Source: Selaginella moellendorffii
Lineage: Eukaryota > Plantae > Lycopodiophyta
Length of the DNA stretch: 64,000 bases
Direction of reading: 5' to 3'
Assembly (NCBI RefSeq): GCF_000143415.4
Contig: NW_003314304.1
Location: 378,169 to 442,168, forward strand
Position numbers and translations under genes: made by a program. How positions within the stretch are numbered: the first letter of the stretch is position 1; each line of letters begins with the position of its first letter. Below are positions 59,293-64,000 of the stretch, piece after piece. Under the pieces are notes generated by a model. That model worked only from the letters and a program-made list of their open reading frames with translations, had not been told where the DNA came from and made no database searches.

Positions 59293-60675
59293 ATGGAAAC
59301 GCTGGTTGTCTACGCGCGGTGCGGGCATTTGGAGGAATCGAGAAGGATCTTTGATGCATTGCCGGCCAAGAACATCGCGTCGTGGACGGCGCTCGCGAGC
59401 GCGTATGCCGAGAGTGGGCATCCGGGCGAGGCCAAGGCAGCGTTCGATCGAATGGCGGTGCGGGACGTAGTTTCCTCCACTGCGATGGTCAAGGCGCTGG
59501 GCGATTGCGGGCGGATTGGATCGAGCAAGGCGGTGTTTGATGTGATGCCCGAGAGGAACTGCAAGACGTGGGCGACGCTGCTGCGGGGATTTGCTCGCGG
59601 CGGAGAGATTGGGCGAGCGAGAGAGGTGCTGGATCGGATGCCCGAGACGAATGTGGTAGCGTGGACGATCCTCGTGCAGGGTTTCGCGCAGCGCGGGCGA
59701 GTGGGCGATGCGAAGGCCGCGTTTGATTCCATGCCCGAGAAGAACAGCATCACTCGCGCGGTGATGCTCGTCATGTTTGCAGAGAATGGATTCGTGGAGG
59801 AGGCGGAGGATGTCTTCCAGGAGATTGTCCACCGAAACGCGATCCTCTGGGGGGCGATGCACTGGTGCTATGCCCAAAATGGGGATTTGATTCATGCCAA
59901 GAGTTTGTTTGATAGGATGCCTCTGCACAGCATACTTTCGTGGACGATTATGATCAAGTCATACGCGCAAAAAGGTGACGCTGATCAAGGAAAACAATTG
60001 TTTGAAGAAATGCCACACAGAGATCTTGTTTCATGGAACGCGATAATCGCTGTTTATGCCCAGAGAGGTCGTTTCAAAGACGCTATACGAGCGTTTTCTT
60101 TGTGTTGCTGCTGGGATTCCTATTCATGGAACACAATTCTCGTGGTATACGCTTTAGATGCAAATATTTGTGAGGCAAAGAAGACGTTTGATAGAATACC
60201 AACTTGGAATTTGGTCTCCTGGAACACAATGCTAGCAGCATATGCCCAGACCGGCCATGCGTATTCTGCGATCCAGCTCTTTTGGGCGATGTTTCTTCAC
60301 GGCTTTGATCCCGACAAGGCAGCGTTTGCCATCGTTTTGACGGCGTGTAGCCATCTGGGGCTTGTCAAGGAAGCAGTAAGCTACTTCACGGCAATGAGCT
60401 TTGACAATGGATTGGACCCTTCGCAAGACCATTACACCTGCATTGTTGATGCTCTAGGACGGCTAGGGCGATTGGAAGAGGCCGAGGATGTCCTGGAGAA
60501 TATGCCTTTGCCAGCTGATGGAGTTGCATGGGCAACGTTTCTTACCGCGTGTAAAAACCACGGGGAGATGAATCGAGGGATGCATGCTGCGGAATTTACG
60601 TGCCAGTCCAGCCTTGTGAGTGATGCATTGCCTTATGTGATGCTGGAGAACATCTTCAGAGCAGTTCAGACTTGA
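59293..60675 (+). CDS. PLS-class PPR protein ending in a partial E domain, intronless, 460 aa; may lack its N-terminus
   Basis: Tandem 31-aa S-type repeats (FDRMP.RNVVSWT), then ACSHLG, HYTCIVDALGRLG, WATFLTACK and PYVMLENIF. No obvious transit peptide. Confidence 0.75.
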   Translation: METLVVYARCGHLEESRRIFDALPAKNIASWTALASAYAESGHPGEAKAAFDRMAVRDVVSSTAMVKALGDCGRIGSSKAVFDVMPERNCKTWATLLRGFARGGEIGRAREVLDRMPETNVVAWTILVQGFAQRGRVGDAKAAFDSMPEKNSITRAVMLVMFAENGFVEEAEDVFQEIVHRNAILWGAMHWCYAQNGDLIHAKSLFDRMPLHSILSWTIMIKSYAQKGDADQGKQLFEEMPHRDLVSWNAIIAVYAQRGRFKDAIRAFSLCCCWDSYSWNTILVVYALDANICEAKKTFDRIPTWNLVSWNTMLAAYAQTGHAYSAIQLFWAMFLHGFDPDKAAFAIVLTACSHLGLVKEAVSYFTAMSFDNGLDPSQDHYTCIVDALGRLGRLEEAEDVLENMPLPADGVAWATFLTACKNHGEMNRGMHAAEFTCQSSLVSDALPYVMLENIFRAVQT

Positions 60676-62817
60676 TGTGTTGACCCAAACATCGATCGTT
60701 GATATCCAGCCATTCCGTGAGCCGCCCCATCCCCCATGGATGGAGAGCGGGACGCACAGAGGATTGAGCATAGGAGAGTCTTCATGAGGAGCATAGTCCT
60801 CCGCCTCTCGCGTATGAGTCCGTGGTGTCCCATGCATCTGGAATGTTAAGTGCAGTGGGTTTGCTATAGTCAGCAATGCAAGATCCAATGCTGCTGTTGT
60901 GAATTTCAGCAGCAGCACTGCGCTCCTCCTGCTCCACATCAGTGCCATGCTAGGCGTGGCAATCCAGATTCTCAAGACCATGCCGGTGAGAGTGAGCCGT
61001 GGAAGTCTCTCATGAGCTCTTGTTGAAAGTGGGAAGTAGTGGTGTGGAAAGCTTGCGTTTGAGGCGCGGGTGGAGATGGGCTCATTGCAGTAAGGTGATA
61101 ATTGCCTTCCTTTTGTATCCTATCTCCCTCGTTGCCTCCCGACATGCTTCATATGTTCTCCTCTCTGTGTTCCATATGTTATCCTCTCTGCTTGCGAAGC
61201 ATTGCACAGCATGTTGCTGGAGCTGAGCCTCAGCCCATTCGTTGATGGCTAGCATTTACGAAGGCTTCATTGGATGTTGATACAGAGAATTAAGTTTAAA
61301 GACAATTGGCCCACTTTTATGATGGGCTTAATCTATGTTGACTGGATTGTTCTTTGCAAAGCATGTATGCAAGGCGATTTTACAAGGAAATTTATCAAAT
61401 CTTCCGCAAAGTCATTGCCATTATCTGTCAAGAACCAAATCCTTGGAGAGCTTTAGGAATTAATATATGTATAATGAAGGATAGTTAAGTAATTTGATGA
61501 TGAGAAGTTTGACATATGTTATCAAACATATTATCTAGCATAGCAATCAGGGATGCTCAACATCCCAAACAATTCTCCCAATTGGAAATAAGAAATATCA
61601 CAAGTGCCATTTCCTACTCATCCATTCCCTTTGAAAACTTTCTTTCTATTCTGCAGGGTGGAGTTTTATATATAATGTTGTTGTATAGGGCAATATTGCT
61701 TCTTCAATGGCAACTAGCACTTGTTCAATGTTTCGTGACCAATCTATTCCCTTCTCTTCCAATATCATGGAATATAAGTATATGAAATTTTCCAAAACTA
61801 ACATATTGGAGTACAATCTTAATCATTCTTAAACTCTTAGGAATACTAGACTCAACTAGAGATATACTTCAGTTCCCTTTAATCTTCCAGTCTAGCATCA
61901 TTCCAAATCCAGGATTGGTATTCAGATTAGAATATTGCTAGCCTTTTGAGACAAGTATAATAGTTGTTTTGAATCGTTAGGATCATCCTTTAGTGATTTT
62001 AATCTACATTGAGTTATAATTTAAATAGATTGCTATTTTGTCCTCTATGACATGCTAGATGGAGAAAAAGTGTTATATAAGCTCGTATTTTTAATGCATC
62101 AAGTATTCTTTACAAATCAAATATTTATTTTAATAGCTTTTTTCTGCAGGCTATTTGCAAAAGAACGCCCACAAGGTGTATGACCTGTTTAGTATTTGCA
62201 CACATATCAATTTTGTTATATTTGTATTCTTTATTTTTCCACAATACCTATCTTTTATGGCTTCAGTTAAGTTATAGTCATTTACACCTTTGAGTATTTC
62301 TTCAATTTAGGCACTATATTTTTGGTTTGCTTAAGCAAACCAACATAGGATATACCTGGGTATTCTTGAATATTTTATAATTTAATTGTTGATATTTATT
62401 TAGAATAATTTTGTGTTTATAAATTAAAAACATGGTCGTCACGTTGACTACATATAGTTGACCGACGGTTTCGGCAAAAAGATGTTCTAATTTATTTTCA
62501 AAGCTTTTAAATCTGAGAACTACTAATTCAACGTTTGGACGTGTGTTTGCAGGTGTGATTTTGTGGCGAGGAAGCAGGAGCAACAGGAGCTTTTCCAGAC
62601 AAGCTAACTTCTCAAGTTTAACCAGCTGCCACCTCCATTTTCCACGAACTCAAAGGGTAGAGAGCTAGCTCTTAATTTTTTTTTGGTTGTTCTCTAGGCT
62701 CCAATCTGTTAGGAGTGACTGTTATTGATCAGGCCAGGGATTTCCAACTCAAAGCTATGTTTCTCATACCTGAAAAGTGTATCCATGAAATATACATATC
62801 CTCTTGTAGTTTCTCTT

Positions 62818-63812
62818 CTAAATAGAAGACAAGTGCCTGAGGTTGTACATATCGAAGTACAAACCAAAGAAGCAGATCAATGGATCTCCCCGTGACGTGT
62901 CAATCAGCAGTCGAACGAGGCGAGCAGCGCATACTTGATCCTCTTCCAGTCGATCCACTTTCCTGTAACCAATGGTGCTACCGTTGCTCACCAGGTACCA
63001 GCCCAGCTCGCTGTCCCATGCCTCGACGTGATATTCCATGACCCTTTGTCCCATGTTTACTGGCTCTCGGATCTCTAGTGCGTTGAACATTGAGACCTTG
63101 CCAAGATCAAGCTCGATCCAGCCGGTCGACTCCCCTTGCATTGGAGCCCAGAAAGTTTCCATACGCTCGTCAAGTATTTGCTTCGGCCCGAACGAAGAGC
63201 TGCGAACGCTGCTTGCTGTCACGGACAAGGGATTCGCTGCTAAGTTGACGCTGAAGATGGAATCTATGGCGGAGCTAAACCGCTCCAGCGTCTGGAAGTC
63301 GGATTCGTCGATCAGTCCCGACGAGTTTGGAGGGACGTTGAGCAGGAGCAAGCAGTTCCTGGCGGATGATTTGTAGAAAACGTCGAGCAGCTGCTCCAGG
63401 GATTTTGGAGCCTCGTTCCTGTGCCAAAACCAACCGGGCCTGATGGAGATATCGCACTCCGGAGGGAGCCAGTCGGTTCCAGCACTCTCTCCAGACATCA
63501 AGTACCTGTTGATGTTGCGAATTGGATCGAGTTTCACGAGAACGAAAGTTTCATGCAAGGATGGATTTTACGTACTGGCCATCGCTCCTGCCGATCGTAA
63601 TGGAAGATCTGTTCGCCATCGCCCAGCATGGTTGTCCGGCCTCGCCATACTCGTTCCCAACCCATCGGATGTCGGGGCCAGCGTCGGAAAAGATGTTGGC
63701 ACCGGGTTGCAGCTGATGAATCGTGTCAAACCAGAGCTCAAAATCGTAGCTCATGTTCACTGCAGTGGGTGATTTCGCACCATCCAGCCACACCTCGGAG
63801 ATCGGCCCATAT
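62818..63812 (-). CDS. FUC1: Alpha-L-fucosidase 1 (GH29), 3' exons 63812-63576 and 63505-62818; gene continues past the window edge
   Basis: YGPISEVWLDGAK (nucleophile Asp), DAGPDIRWVGNE, WLPPECDISIRPGWFW, LLLNVPPNSSGLI and a C-terminal F5/8-type domain. Confidence 0.9.
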
Positions 63813-64000
63813 CTGCACGCCAAAACAGAATGCCGCGTCAAGGCATCTGCTGCTAGAGATGAAAACTACAAAAGCCCACAAGCTCGCGAGCTCCTAATGC
63901 TAAAACCGTTTGATGGGCTGGAGCAAATGCAAACATATCACACAGTGACCATGCCACCAAGAAAAATGCGTGAAGAAGAAGCAAAGAATGTCTCACTCAC

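Noticed and set aside
60690-61270. Possible degraded gene on the minus strand (ORF 60463-60981 and upstream)
   Set aside because: No identifiable motif and several stops; it partly overlaps the PPR gene antisense.
4857-63812. Glycan or metabolite biosynthetic gene cluster (GT34s, UGT, fucosidase)
   Set aside because: The enzymes act in different compartments and on different substrates, and they are interspersed with unrelated housekeeping genes. There is no scaffold-forming enzyme.

Overview
Eukaryotic plant nuclear DNA. Very short introns (about 50-80 bp), GC/CpG-rich compact genes and several PLS-class PPR genes suggest a lycophyte such as Selaginella; this is an inference, not a database match. 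The left gene island (0-12 kb) holds an IleRS pseudogene fragment, NDUFS5, a LYAR-type zinc-finger gene, a GT34 glycosyltransferase and a UGT. A ~27 kb nest of transposable elements follows (12-39 kb): degenerate Gypsy and Copia elements, a solo LTR with TSD, a young non-coding LTR element with ~1.9 kb minisatellite-bearing LTRs, and a Harbinger remnant. The right gene island (39-64 kb) holds pseudogene copies of the UGT and GT34, SmD3, a PP2C, a second GT34, a NYN/LOTUS nuclease, PPR genes and fragments, an RRP5 pseudogene and part of a GH29 alpha-L-fucosidase. The most striking cross-window pattern is pseudogene decay by many short, often microhomology-flanked deletions with few substitutions. 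Also notable are a tandem duplication with a snap-back templated junction beside a tRNA-like Pol III promoter, and a DYW domain that has lost part of its CxxC zinc motif. No CRISPR array, rRNA gene or intact tRNA gene was found.
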